From: Schmidtea polychroa
Lineage: Eukaryota
Reading direction: 5' to 3'
Assembly: GCA_044892525.1 (NCBI GenBank)
Contig: CM097885.1
Coordinates: 44,952,001-45,016,000, forward strand
DNA: 64,000 nucleotides
Shown: in pieces, positions 29,080-44,267 of the stretch
Numbering within the stretch: the stretch's first letter is position 1
Layout of the letters: each line of letters opens with the position of its first letter
The notes under the pieces: generated by a model
The model's input: only the letters and a program-made list of their open reading frames with translations
Database searches by the model: none
Told to the model about the DNA's origin: nothing
Position numbers and translations under genes: made by a program

Positions 29080-30260
29080 TGTAATGGGCAATAAATTATC
29101 AGGTCAAATCGAATTTAAAATTAGCGGCCCGCTAATTCAAAGTTGATTACTGAGAGTTCCCGACAAGGTATTTCGGTGATCAATGGCTCATTTCAAAAAG
29201 TTTTATCAGGGTACCCAAATGTTTATTGTGATGATTCAAGGTATTGCAAGGGTCATTCTTCGGACGATCTTAGTGTTTGAACGCATGTGTTCTTTAATTT
29301 GAAAGTCTGTTGCGTTTGTGTGTGGGTTTCATTCATTGCTTTCTGTTGTTGAATATTATTATTATTATTCTATTTCTGAAATTTTGTCTTAATTTGTATT
29401 TGTCAGGTTGGAATCGATTTTAGAATTAATCGAAATATCGTGATTGAATAAATCCAAAAACGAGATTGACAATTTTATTGGCATCTACAGGGCCACGTGG
29501 ATCAGTTTCGAATAATAACAGTTTGTCCATTTCAATATCATAAGACAATGCCATCCTTGAACGAAATTGAATGAAATCAGGACATGGAATATAATCTTTA
29601 TTGTCATATGATAGCGCTATCATTGAACAGCTTAATGGTCGCATCTCCGCCGATTGGGTATAGAGCTGATTAATATCCGCAATAGGACGACATATTATGT
29701 CACAAGGCATTTTATATCCAATTTTAGATTTAAATCGAGCTGCTTCCACTTGTGCACGACATACTTGAGATCGACAATCAGGGATCATACCAATCATAAC
29801 ACCTCCAGTACTTTCAGTAATATTAAACAATCTTGTAGCTGAACTCTTCTCAATCATTTTATCTGGAACTTTTCTTTGTGTAGCTACTACACCACAATTA
29901 TTGCCTCGAATACCAACGGAAGGCAATCCATCTAATGCCATTGCCTTAAATGCATAATCGACTTGGAATAATCTCTTTTCAGTTGTCAAGACAATCTTCG
30001 CTGCCATATTTCCGATTTTTAAAATCCACAATTCTAGAATTCCAAAATTTAGCAGTCAAACAAAACAACAAAATTAATCTAGTTTCTACAAAATTAATAT
30101 AAAAACTTACAATCCATAAAAATTACATTGTAAGCCTACTTCTCGCGTCTGTGTGCGCACACCAACAATATTCGAACAAAACCAGACCGCGCACACAGAC
30201 GTGAACCAAAAGAAGCATCCAACAAACTGCCAGTCAGAGGTGAGTGACATTCCCCCTCTG
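29080..30260 (-). mobile_element. Putative LTR with PPT surrounding the PSMA6 fragment
   Basis: Minus-strand CAGAGGGGGAA immediately followed by TGTCAC at 30249. The left boundary is uncertain. Confidence 0.4.
29426..30031 (-). pseudogene. PSMA6: Truncated, intronless proteasome subunit alpha-1 (alpha type-6) copy
   Basis: RLFQVDYAFKA...SVGIRG...TQRKVPDK...DCRSQV.RA...IADINQLYTQSAEMRPL; lacks the native N-terminus and C-terminal third; small internal duplication (ALSYD twice). Confidence 0.85.
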
Positions 30261-30772
30261 ACTGGTCGAAACAGTGATTTTGATTCAAATTTTGTTGGAA
30301 TTTTTGATAATAATTAAATTTCGTGGATCTTTGAATTTGGATTGTTTATTTTTGACTAAATATTTACCAATACAGTTTATTGTATGATACAGAATTATGT
30401 TTAAAGCAAAATATTTGAATAATACTGATTTGAATTCAGATGTTCTTCAGAATTATGATGAGCCAATTTTGATGCCAATGCATATAGCGGAAATTTTGTG
30501 AATACAGAGATAAGATAGTCAGAATGTAACTATTGTCTTCTGATTATATTAATAATGATAATAATAATAATATATGGCATATGATACTAATATTTATGAT
30601 AATAATTATATAAATTTATGAAGAACAAATTATGTTTACAATAAAGAGTAAATTTCAATACATTTACGATTTATTGAAATTTCCACATTTATTGAAAACA
30701 TAACTTATAATATAAATGAATAGATCATTATCACAGAGCTTGAAGTGAGCACCCAACTAACACCCTTTGATG

Positions 30773-30900
<128 letters not shown>

Positions 30901-30994
30901 GTATAAAATGATGATTGCTTGGTAGCAGCATTTATTATTTAAAACAATAAAATGATAATTTAAGCCTTTTGCTGCAAATAATGTATTTAATGAA

Positions 30995-31950
30995 AGAATT
31001 TTCGACTATACGATAGTCCTTGTCAATCTCCTGGAATTTAGCAATGTTCTTCCCCAAAATACCTTTCAATCTTTCTTTGATTTCCTTTCTCTTAATTCTC
31101 ATTGGTTGTAAATATAATGAATTGTTTTACTAAAAACTTTTAAAATTTTTTACATTTAAAATTTCAAAATGACACAAACTAAAAATTTTTAAATTTTTTT
31201 ACAGCTTCTATAATTAGCTTCTAGAAGCCTAATAAAATATTTGAAAATATTTTAAATAAAGCCTCCAATAACTACTTATATATGCTATTTAAATATTTCA
31301 ATAAATGTGTCAATTTTGATTTTCAAACCCTTTTTTTTTAAATTTTTTTTTATATTATTCTAATTATTACTTTTTAATTTATTCTATTTTTTTAATTTCT
31401 TTATATATTGTCAGTTATTCTCAAAGTCAATGACAACAGATCAAATTCATGATTTCATTGATTTCTTCTTTAGTGTTGATCTTTGGCTGTCTGTTTATGA
31501 TGAGAATTGCTTCTTTGATTCTGACATTTTTCTTTTGGATGTTTCCATTAGCTATGATTTCTATTGAAATATTTTTTCTTTCTACTGTTGGCTGACACTG
31601 CCGGAGATGTCTGCCCAACGAGGATATTCCACCAGGATCTAGATGTTCTTTAACTCTTTGGTGCAATGTCCTGAGGGTACTTCCAATGTAGATTTCATTG
31701 CATACATTGCACGTGATGCAATAGACGATGTTTTTTCTAAAGCACATATCTTTCGGTGTCTGGCAGTTTTTCATTGTGCAATTGTTTTCTCTATTTATGT
31801 TGCCTGCCAGAGCCCTTCTCAATGTCCAAGATTTATGTGCTATCCGAATTGGAAGACCGGTACGTTTAAGTTCTTTCAGGATCTTGAAGTCGAGTATGTC
31901 ACTGATGAATGGGATATTCAGATAGAAATATTTCTGATTCAGTTCATGGT
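30995..31950 (-). mobile_element. Penelope-like element 3' fragment (GIY-YIG endonuclease plus degenerate hammerhead)
   Basis: KNIVYCITCNVCNEIYIGST.R.L..RVKEH...EAILI...PKIN (31427-31822); downstream TTGACAAG-GACTAT-cgt-ATAGTC-GAAA at ~31000-31027. Confidence 0.85.
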
Positions 31951-32059
31951 CTGAAAATAGCCCAACAATGTGTAGTTTAAGCCTGGAGTTTTAATGTGTA
32001 ATTTTAATGAATTCTGTAAGAACCAAAAATTTGCATTGTAGTCTTTAAAACATGTTTTT

Positions 32060-32062
<3 letters not shown>

Positions 32063-32129
<67 letters not shown>
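32063..32129. repeat. (AAT)n microsatellite
   Basis: Read directly. Confidence 0.95.
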
Positions 32130-35100
32130 GTCTTTGTCAATCAAAAAAGAAAATTATATTAATACATTTATTTAATTTATAAAATAATTCAAAAAATATA
32201 ATAGAAATTCAAATATTTATGATTTGTTTGCATAAATTGAAGATTCTAATTTCAGTTGTACAGGTTGACGAGAGATTTTTCGAATTTCTTTTAATGCAAA
32301 AATTGAATTTTAATAAGACAATATATTATGTGAAATAGGGTCTATTTTAATCAAATTAATCATCTTATCAGAAATTAATTTTTTTAAAAATATTTATTCT
32401 GAATGATAAATTTTACAGCTTCCAAATTAAATAAAGTCATTCAGACCGACTGACCCTGAATATATTTATGAATAAAAAATTTAAAAATATATTAGAATAG
32501 TTATAATTATAATAACGGATTTGATAATGTCGGAAATATGTTAATTGAATGCGCAGTGATCTTTTATTTGAGCTATTCTAAAGAACAATAAATCGTTGTC
32601 CAATTTTTTCTCGCTCTTAATTAAATTTTCATGTATCGAAAATTGATAAAATCGTGTAAGTTATTATTATGATTATTAAAAAGAATTACATATTAATAGC
32701 AACATAAGGATTTGTTACTAGAATTGAGCCGTTAATTCAGTTTAAAACAAATATTGCGGATGAATTTTAACTGATATTTTAAATGAGGTATTTCTGATGT
32801 ATATGTTATAGTTAAAGTATACATTTCAGTCAGTACATGCACTATCTAGTTGATGTATGCCTCCACTTGCTGTTTCAGTAACTTCCAGATCATTTTTTCA
32901 ATTTTATTGGATGTGAAAACTTATAGGATTTTGACAAAGATCAATAAACACACTAGAGTTTTATGCGAGTACACACATTAAACTTCTGAAAAGAATTATT
33001 AAATTAATTAAATTAAAACTATTGTTTAAATATTCTTTTCATTCAAAAAACGTTATAAAACAATTCAAGCACCATTTGACATCTCAAACGTTAAATCTCA
33101 TAAAAATCAATAACAAAAATATGCCAAACATTCGAGAATCTGAAACCTTTGTTTTCCTAGCTGGGATTTCTCTGTTGATGAGCTTGATCATCAACACCTT
33201 CTATTCGACCAAAGAAATTTTACTTAGAATACTAATTCACGATTCTAGTGATTTTCCTGATAAAGTTCGTTGCGTGAGCCAGGCTGAGCCATCCGTCTCC
33301 GATTGCAAAAAGGAGTCAAAGAACAAAGTTATTCGAGATAAAGATTCTAATACTTTCACATCGTTCAATACTGGAGTCTACATGCCAAATAAGCGTTCAT
33401 CAACAATCTCAGATCAAGTGCCGATGGTTTTGGAGGAACATTGACTGCTGGAGCAAATATTTCTACGATCGCTTTCAATGTCGTATTCAATAAAATCTTT
33501 ATGCAAATTAGCTTCGTGTCCCTACACTGTGTAAAATAAGATTTTTTACAAGAAATGTGGCTTGGCTCAATAATATTTTCCATCTTTAAATATACTTCGA
33601 ATTTATACTAAATTACGGTGCAGTTAATTATAGAAAAAGCCAAGCGTTACAGAAACCATTCAAATTCGGTAAAATATTCTTCTATATCAAAAAAAAAATA
33701 TTAAAATAGTTTATCTTATATATTCGAAAACATAAATATTTACACTAACAATTTATTATTATAAACAATTGACTAGCAAACATAATGTAGTACATAATTG
33801 AAAATTTTATAAATGAAAAATGTTCTTTTGAGTTTATTAATTAAAATATAAATATATAATTTATAGTTATAATATGTCAATAGCTGCCCTTTGCTAATAC
33901 GCGGTAAGAAAATGTCATTCCAAAATCTTTGCAGTTGTATTTCTTTTATATATGTTTGTTCAATGGAAATAAATGTCACTGAATTATATTTAGTTCATTT
34001 TGCGATATATTTTGCTGATAATTTCGCAAAATCCTATTTGACTCTGATATTCGAGAGAAATTGTTTACCAATATAAGGAGACAAAGAAATCCCTGCTTTA
34101 TAGTTTTTTTTCCAAAATTAATATTCGCATTTTTTTTTTATTTTTCATTTTTTTATTTACAGACGGAACGGGAAAACGAAATCTGTCTGGGATGACATTG
34201 ATGTGTGAATCACAAAATGATTTGACTCCCTTAGCAATTTGTCTTGCAATTAATCATCAATGACTCTTGCAGAAACCACTGCGAAAGGCAATATAATGAA
34301 GACAAATCTGCCAATTTTTACGAAATTCATTCTAGTGGTTCATGTGGGATTTCTATATTATATGATTTGCAAGTCAGAAAAATAAATATTATTTAGAATA
34401 GATTATATGGCTGTTGAGCAAGGCGTACGTATGTAATTATAAAGTAATAAACTCCTTCAAAATAAGACAGAAAATAAATAACATATTAAATTTTATAGCT
34501 GCAATTAAATGACCAATATTGCATCTATTAAGTGGTTTTAATTTTGAAATTGAACAACGCTGCTTAATTCTAAATTATATAACATACTCACGGCAGCGAC
34601 GGATTTAACAATTTGCTGCCCCTCTTCAAAATTAAAATTACATATTGACATCTACAAATGTTAACATAAGATATATTGGGAAGAGAAATCCAACACCAGT
34701 CTGCTTCTATTAAAAAATGAAAGTATTTAAAATATTTGTAACTTAGTAAGTTTATTAATTTCAGTTTAATAACATAATGATTAAACATTTCTTGAAATTA
34801 TTTCCTTAGTCCTTATTGTACAACATGTCATGTCGGCCCTTGAGACATGTTAAATTTTATATTTTAATTGCTTTACATATAGTTCTGTGTCTCCACCCTA
34901 ATTTTACATAACCCAAATAGTAGTATGTTGTGTTCCTATAACACCAAGAGGAAAATTCCGTCTACCCCTTAAAAAATACCACTGAAAAGATTTTTTTTTG
35001 ATTTCACAAAAATCTCGAAAGATTTTAAAGATCCCTCTACAAATTACTTGCACTTATTTACTAGAAAAAATTAGTAAATTAATTTTCTTATAAAAATAAT

Positions 35101-35208
35101 AAGACAACAACAGCATAAGTATACGAAGATTCTTACAAAGTTATAATTGATCAATATTTTATGCATAACATTATTATTTCATTAGAATAAATAATTTTCA
35201 ATATTCAA

Positions 35209-35822
<614 letters not shown>

Positions 35823-36023
35823 CTATATTGATAATATAAAAACAAATTATAAAATATATAAATTTTAAATTAAAAATAAAAATTTTTAATAATTATTCTT
35901 TTTAAATATAATTTTCAATAATCAATTATATTTAAACTTTTAAAATTATTAAAAATATTATTTTAATTATTTTTTTTAATTATTTAACATAACTATTATT
36001 AATATACATCAACATACAAAAAC

Positions 36024-36170
36024 TTAATTAAAAACATTCAACACACAAGTATTCACTGCATTCTGCACATTGATTTTAGGATTAATAGTTCTTATCAATG
36101 ATGCTTCACATATCACACGCTCAAAACAATTATCAAAATTTTTTGATGACATTTTAAAATCAGACATTCC
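36024..36170 (-). mobile_element. Penelope-like GIY-YIG C-terminal relic
   Basis: RVICEASLIRTINPKINVQ...LNVFN*. Confidence 0.6.
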
Positions 36171-39100
36171 TAATTCTCTCATACAGACTTTATTTGAAAG
36201 TTTGAGCCTATTAAAAGAGGGGAATGAATAACATTTTAGTGGGGGTACCAAGGGGTATGTTTAAGGAAGATGGCGGGATTTTCCCTTTGGTGTTACGGTG
36301 TGAATGCGAGCGTTACTGAAGAGTTGGAAAATAATGAAATATACATTTTCTTTGATTTCTTGTCATTCTTTATTATTTAGTGCCATGTTTTAAATATAGC
36401 TAAAAGATATGTTTTTAAAATTCTCTTTAATGATAATAATTTAATATATTTATATTCATTGGAGACCATTAGTTAATCATGCTACTCATTTTCATGACGT
36501 TTTTATTACAAAACTGTGGATTCTTTGATTTTGCCGGTTATTAATTTTGAAACTATTTAAAATCCAGTTTTTGTTTATCGCATCTGACTTTTCAGTCATT
36601 TTATGTTGTCCAAAATGTTTTAGCTTCTAAGAATAAATTAAAAGTGCTTGTCAACATTTGTCTCTTCATTAAAACCTTCGGTTCCCATCAATTATATATT
36701 GGTATTACTTTGGTAAACATTCCATTAAAGATTTAGTTGTTTTGGAAATTGCAATAATTTTCTGATATTCAACAAGATTTAAATTGTTGGTTTACCTCAA
36801 TAAAGGTGTGGCAAAAACGGCTCGGCAAAAAACATCGCGGACAATAAAAGGGCAAATAAAAAAGGAAATATCTCCAGATAGTCCAGAAATTCTTTTAATC
36901 ACTAAATGGCTTTTTTAGAATCTAGTTATAAATACTTATTTCACGACTCGATATACATTTCGGAATTTTATCTGTGCATTTAAAGTTCGCGCCTTTAAAT
37001 TTTACTGTAATTTTGTAAATATAAGAAAAAAGTTTAATTTTTGAAGATCTAAGGTTGCAGCTTACCATTGCGATTCTTTCAAAGTTGGTATGATTTAAAT
37101 TAATTCAAAATTAAAATTTTATTTTAATTTGTAAATAGAATGAAATTCTAACAGTTATTATAAATACCTAATTATAGACAATAACTATAAACCATCAAAT
37201 TCTTCAACAGATTCATAATAAAAGGGTTCCAAACATCATTATACTCTAATAAACAAGAATCGACTCGAATGTCAGATTCATTATTAGATTCAGAATCTGT
37301 ATCTCTTTTACTAGAATTATTAGACTTTCTTAAAGCTATTTTGAACACATTTTCGTATGACCTGATTCTATGTATCAAAAATCAAAGTGCGTCTCATTCG
37401 TCCTTTTTTGTGAACATATGAAATTTCCACTGTTGATGCATTTTAGATTTGAATGACTTGTTGGCAGTCAAATCAAGTGTTTGTAAAATCTTTGTTAACA
37501 CCAAAAATAACCGCTTTCAAATGTTTTACGACAATTTTCTTAATATATGTAATCTGATCCCATTGATAAAAGTCGTAAATAAGAAATGATTCCTTAGGAT
37601 TGACAAAAAATGAATTCTTTTTCGTCAGACTTTATCCATTCATTCGGCTTATTCATCCAACCTATGTGCATCTGTAACGATAATTCATTTTGGATAAATA
37701 GCCTTCGGCAACCATCTACTACGTAACACAGTACTACAGTGAAGTTAAGCTTTTTGTACAAGTGATTCGGAGAATGATTTCTTTTCCCCTATTTTATCGA
37801 TGGTTATGGTGCTGGAAATATCAAAACTAACAGAAACAACGGCCGTATTCTCGATTGACTTAAATTCACACCAGATTTAAGGCCAAATAAGTTATTTTTG
37901 AAAATTTTTCTCTTTTTTTCCAGTTGATATGATTGCGCAAACGGACAAATTGTTTGTTTTTATGAATTTTTAGCACCAATTGATTCAATCTTTAAATCCA
38001 TTTATCTCTGGGAAGACCTTCACTATTTAAGTGCTTCAAATCGGATTTTTACTTTAAAGACTTGCATATTATCGGCTATTGACTGCAATACCCAGCCTGT
38101 CAATTGAACTTTGAGTTGTTGGATATACTTACTTATAATACCAGCGTAATTTTAATTTAAACATTAAAATAAGAACATTACAGCGTTCAATCAACTTTCA
38201 TTCAATTACTTTTTCAACAAAAATTAATTTTTTTAAAAACTGCTTCAATCCCAAAAATGAAACTGGACCTCAAAATCTTAAAGATTTAAATAAAACATTT
38301 ATAATATTATTAAAAATTCATAAACTTATTCTTAGATTTAAAAAAAATATTTATATATTATTTATAGTATTATAAGAACTTTTTTTTTCAAATTTCACCA
38401 CTGATTTCTTTTCCATTGTATTTATTAAAAAGCTTGACTATGAATCAGTAAATATATTGATGTATGGAAAGGTTTCGATATGTTTTAGGTGTTTTGATAT
38501 GTTTTAGGTGTTTTGATAATTTTCGTAATATTATTTGCTAATAAAAAGCATCAGAAAACAAAATATTGTGACACTATTTGAAAATTTGATCGGTATTTTA
38601 TATAAACGCCTACCTTATAATTTAATGTGTTTGAACAAGCAATTTTGAACAAATAATTACTAAGCTTTACTTATTTTAGTTGTCTGACTAAAGGCGACTT
38701 TGTTATGTAAATCATTATATATACCGTTTATATCCAAATTTTGGAACAATTTTGATTTAATAAATTTAAGTATAATATAAAATATATAAAATTTACGTAT
38801 GCTAGGAATTAAAAAAGAATAAAGTAGTAGAATGCGTCCCCTCACATAAAAATACCCCAAAATTATATAATAAGTACATAACAATGTGTAAGAAATGGCC
38901 TTTGACTTCTGCTCAGTGTCATTTGCTATCGTAATAGTTACTTTGCGCGAACGTTTCCGTTCAATATTCAGTAATTTTTTAAATTGTTGTTTAAGTGTAT
39001 AAATTTTTAATAATATTACAATGATTTAATAAAATTTTTAAGATTTTGAAGTTTAGTTTTAATTTTAAAATTGAAAATAAATATTGATTATAATTTGTTT

Positions 39101-39595
39101 ACTATATTTGTTCTAAATATTTATACGTTAATATCATTTAAAAATTTTTAATTAATAGAATATTATAAATTTTGCCAGACTCTATTTTAAATATAATTTT
39201 GTTAGAAACGCCATTAAATTTGAAGTATAAATATTTATAAAATTGTGCAGTTGAATTCGGATGAAAACGCAGAATAAATATGTATAAACTGGTCTACGTG
39301 TCAACCGTAATTCTGAGAAAACCAAATTATATTTTTTGTAATAAAATGAATCTTAAATTAAAATTTTTATAATAAATAACATTTTATTTACTCATTTGTA
39401 AATACTAAAATATTTTCTTTATTATCTAATAGAATTTTAATGTTTATTTTTATTTTATAAAAAAACTGTTAGTGTGAATTCCAATTTAATAGTTTTACTC
39501 AATCTAACATTTATTTTAAAATACATTTCAAAATTTAACATATTTACTGAAATTTTAAAGAACATTTAAATCAATTTCATTATTTAATGATTTTT

Positions 39596-39796
<201 letters not shown>

Positions 39797-41508
39797 TAAA
39801 CAAATTTCATAAACAATCATATTGTAATTGTCAACTGGCTGAAATATTGAAGAACTTGATAAATCGGATATGTTTCTTAAATAATATTAATAATATCTAA
39901 TTATATAAATAAATTATCTGATATTTTATCATTGTTATTTTACTTTGATGCATGAAAAAGTTGGCACCAGATATCTAAATAATTACAGTAGAACACACTT
40001 AGAGTTAGACATATCCGAACCGTTAAAAATAAGAGACTTTAGAATACTAAAATAGAACAAACTAAATAAAACTCAAAAAACTAAAAGCACCACAACAAAC
40101 AATCAACTTAAAATAATTGTGATGAGGATATCTTAAACGTTTATTTTAATATCCAAAAATCTTACCATTAATGGCTTACTAACAACTCTTTCCCATTAGT
40201 TATTAATTATTAATTAGTAAATTAAGGTACATGTATATCAGTTAGAAACTTTTAGGTAATTCAATGAGAAATAGATGCTCATATATATCTTTATCAGAAA
40301 TTCGTGAATAATTAGAATATTTTAAATGTAACTTTTACCGAATTCTTATTTCAATCGACTAATTTATTGGTTAACTTTGTCATTAAAAATAATATTTAGC
40401 AAAAGGTAATTTAGCAAAATATCATTAAAAGATTTATCCACCCGATAACAATATTCCTTCAAATGACCATACTTTACCCTTAACTGATATGCAACCGATT
40501 TCATTTCTAATGCTGTTGATGTACAACTCTTTTAAGTCAATATTTCTCAAGTTTTGTCACCGATATCCCCACAATGAATATCCGTCTATAACATGTTAAA
40601 TAAAGATAAATAATTTAAATAAAGATATATACTCTTAGCAATACCCTTAGGGGGACAGAATATTTTGTCGGATAAACTCGGAGTATATATAAGAACTTGC
40701 AATATGCTACCCAAATTGTCTTTATTGATACATCAAAATACTGTTATTTAAAAAATTAACTCAAAAATACTCAAAAATACTATATTATCTAGGAATTCAT
40801 TTACTGAATGATACCTTAAAATTTAAGGCTTAAATGATCTTGCTTTTAATATACCTATGAATTGATTTCTAAAATAATCATGTTTTTCTATCAAACATGC
40901 ATAAATTGAATATAAATTTGCTGAATATTACTCAAATAAACATGTTTCTTGCTAAAGAATTTACTAATTACTATCTCCAAATGATATTTCGCAGAAATGT
41001 ATATAAAATTAAATTTTTCTGGAAATAATTTACTTAAGAAATTCCTATATTTAAAATAACCATGTATTTTTCATTAAATGGACTAAATATTTGCTATTTG
41101 GTATCTAAATAATCAAGTTTTTCTTAAATTGTATGGTATTGTTAAATACTTTAAAATAATAATAATAATAATAATTGATGAAAATGTTCGTGCAACTAAT
41201 GAAAATGTTCTTGAAAATAATCATAACAATATTGAAAATATTGAAAATGTTGAAAATTATGAAAATATTCATGCAAATGATGAAAATCATGAAATCGATG
41301 TAGAAATTAAGTTCTATGAATATTTAATATTAAAAAATGAAACTTTGAAAATAAAATAATAATAAGAACTTTGAAAATAACTTTGAATATAACTCTGGAA
41401 ATAAATTTGAGAATAATAATACTTTGAAAATAATATTTTGAAAATAGCTTTGAAAATAATAATACTTTGAGTTAGACTATTTATTGAAAATATATAGCAT
41501 GTGTGTAT

Positions 41509-41938
41509 GTGACCTACATATTTCTAAAAAATTTAAAAATTTTTTATAAGTATTTTGAGTTGACCTACATAAAAACTCTGAAAAGTTTCATGTAAAATGA
41601 TTGAAAAATGTAAATAAATTATAAAATTTGAGTTGACCTACTTTATCCTAAAAATTTTAAAAAAAATTTCTAAGTTTTTGAGTTGACCTACATATTTCTA
41701 AGAAATTTCTAAGTATTTTGAGTTGACCTACTTAAAAACTCTGAAAATATTTATGTAGATACCTTGAAAATTGTAAAAAATTAAATTTCTGAGAAAAACC
41801 ATTGAAAAATATAAAATTTTCGAGAAAAACTCTTGAAAACCGTTGAAAATCTTAAAAAATTATAAAAAATTTTAAACTTTTGAGTTGACCTACTTTTCTT
41901 TCTCCCCCGGGGGGTATGTAAGTTAGCGGGCTTCATAC

Positions 41939-41939
<1 letters not shown>
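41509..41939. repeat. Cluster of GAGTTGACCTAC motifs ending at an (AT)n tract
   Basis: Perfect copies at 41557, 41630, 41680, 41720, 41882 and a partial copy at 41509; (AT)n at 41940-42029. Confidence 0.85.
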
Positions 41940-42031
<92 letters not shown>

Positions 42032-43759
42032 CTCACAAGGTTAATTGAATTATGATTCAAAGATTTAAAATTATCAGACCGATAGATATTTAGATTCAAT
42101 AATATTGTCTGATTCATCACCTTCAGAACCAAGCGGGGTAGAAGCTTAAACTTATTATTACCATTCGCTTTCAAAGTAAACCGTATTTTCTAATAAAATT
42201 TTTGATCACTAATTAAAAAATATCATAATAATTTTTAGAATTATTGCAAAAATTTGGTTGTTAACCAAAATAAATTAAAATTATATTTTGGTCACGTTTG
42301 GTTATTTACAGAAAATCATTTGATCAATTTTGTTTAAATATATCATTTAAAATTATGCATTCAAATATAGAAGTTAAAATATAGAATTTAAAATAATGGG
42401 GTTAAAGAAATTTTGGTTTTGACTTTGTCTCTGTTAGAGAAACAAACACGTTAATGTAAATATGTAAAGCAAGTAATAAAACCGATTTTACGTGAAAACC
42501 AATATTTAAAAAACCAAAATATTTAAAAAAAATAAAAAATGTGCAGAAAAAAATTCTAGGACTTAAGTTTTTGGACTTTTGACCTTGTTGAAATTCGACC
42601 CTTGTGAAACTTAGTAAGGTATGGTCCAACAGTTTTTCCATGATGGTGCCAATCTTTTAAATCATGTTTGGAAACATCAAAATTTGTTGACCCTTTAAAG
42701 GTTTCGACTCACCATAGTTGAACCCTCAAAGATCAAAGTGACACCATAATGTAGAGCACACATGACACTATCTACACTTCAAAAATTGTGACCATAAATG
42801 TTTGGAAACCCTTTGATTTTGAGAAAATTCAAGAATGTAGAACTCTGTTGAAGGTTTTGACACACCACAGTTAAATCCAGTGTAAGTTGAAGTATGACCA
42901 TAATGTAGAAATCATAAAACTCTATAAACTGAAAACAAAATCAACCTTAAAATAAAAGGGAACCCTCTAATTCGAAAAAATTATAAATGTTCCTTGTTAA
43001 TTGGACAGCCGAATTTTTAAAAATATTAAATTGTCGAAATGAGAGAGTGAAGTAGTTCTCTACGAATTTTGGGGAAATTTTTTCAATGAAGTATGACTCA
43101 TACTATGACTCATTGCCCTTTTTTTCAAAAGTATTAATCATGCTGTAACTCATCTGATGACTCATGTTCTTTATTAGATGGACATAGCCAAAATTTAGAA
43201 AAAAATAAAATGCCGGGAGGGGCGGGAGGAGTTGTGCGCTACGTGTCAGCGGGCTCATACCTACCTACTCATGTCAATTACAGTAATAGATCTCACGAGA
43301 ATCCATTTAAAAGTCTCATTGTTTTAAATTTCACTGTGCGCGTCTTTCAAACTTTTTTATAAATCCTAAAACAATTCGTCATGGAGTATTAGAAACATTT
43401 TCCACTGTGTTACACAATTTATGGAATAAAAAGAAAGTTGTGCGATTCGTCAAGTGTGTTAATTCCACTGCTGCTCGTAACATATCGAAAACTTTACATG
43501 ATTTACATGATTTTGTGAAGAAATTTAATATATAAATATTTAAATTTATATAGATAAAATAATATTGGAATTTGGTTTGTCATTATTGGTGCTGGTTGGT
43601 GGTCAGGTACTTCACTATTGATTTTTTCGAAATCGATCATTAAAATTATGAATTTCATTGACATTTCAAATTGAATTTCTAAAATTATTTGAGTTTTTTC
43701 GTATTATTTGCAAATCGGAACTTTTGACTAAATTTGATTGAAACGCAAATTGTAAACAT

Positions 43760-44267
43760 TTATTTTCTAGTGATCCAATCTCCCAGCTCACGCTCATCCA
43801 TCCGTGTGATCCATAAGCGATTACTCTTTCATTTCCACTAGAATCTAATTGTGACAGTACAGCTCCAATTCTTTCAAAACTTTGATGCTTTTATAAGTTT
43901 TTTTCATTATTTGAAATGCAATTTCGAGTTCAATTGTTCACACTAATTTTGTTTGAATGCTTCCACATAACTTGTCCTTTTTTATTTTCTGTATAATTTT
44001 TTAATTTTTTTGTATAATTTTCAATAAATCGTCGATAATAATTGGCAAGTCTCACAAAACGTCTTAGTCTATTTAAGTACTCTGTTTTTTTGAATAGTGT
44101 AATTGAATTAATTTTAATGTCATCTGTTTTATATGCCTTCCGTATTTGTAATATGACCCAAAAGTTTTCTTTCTATTTTAACAAAATAACATTTTTCTCT
44201 TCTCAACTTCAATCCAAAATCTTTAATTTTTTCCATTACATTAACTTTTTTCATATGTTATCCCTTA
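43760..44267 (-). mobile_element. Old gypsy RT/RNase H relic
   Basis: LRRFVRLANYYRRFIENY and RIGAVLSQLDSSGNERVIAYGSH, similar to the element at 1-3991. Confidence 0.75.

Noticed and set aside
33022..33583. ORFs 33022-33444 and 33365-33583
   Set aside because: No recognisable domain in any frame I could read; may be an exon or TE relic but unsupported.
41557..41893. CRISPR-like array of GAGTTGACCTAC
   Set aside because: Repeat is only 12 bp, spacing is irregular, spacers are related to each other, the context is eukaryotic and there are no cas genes.
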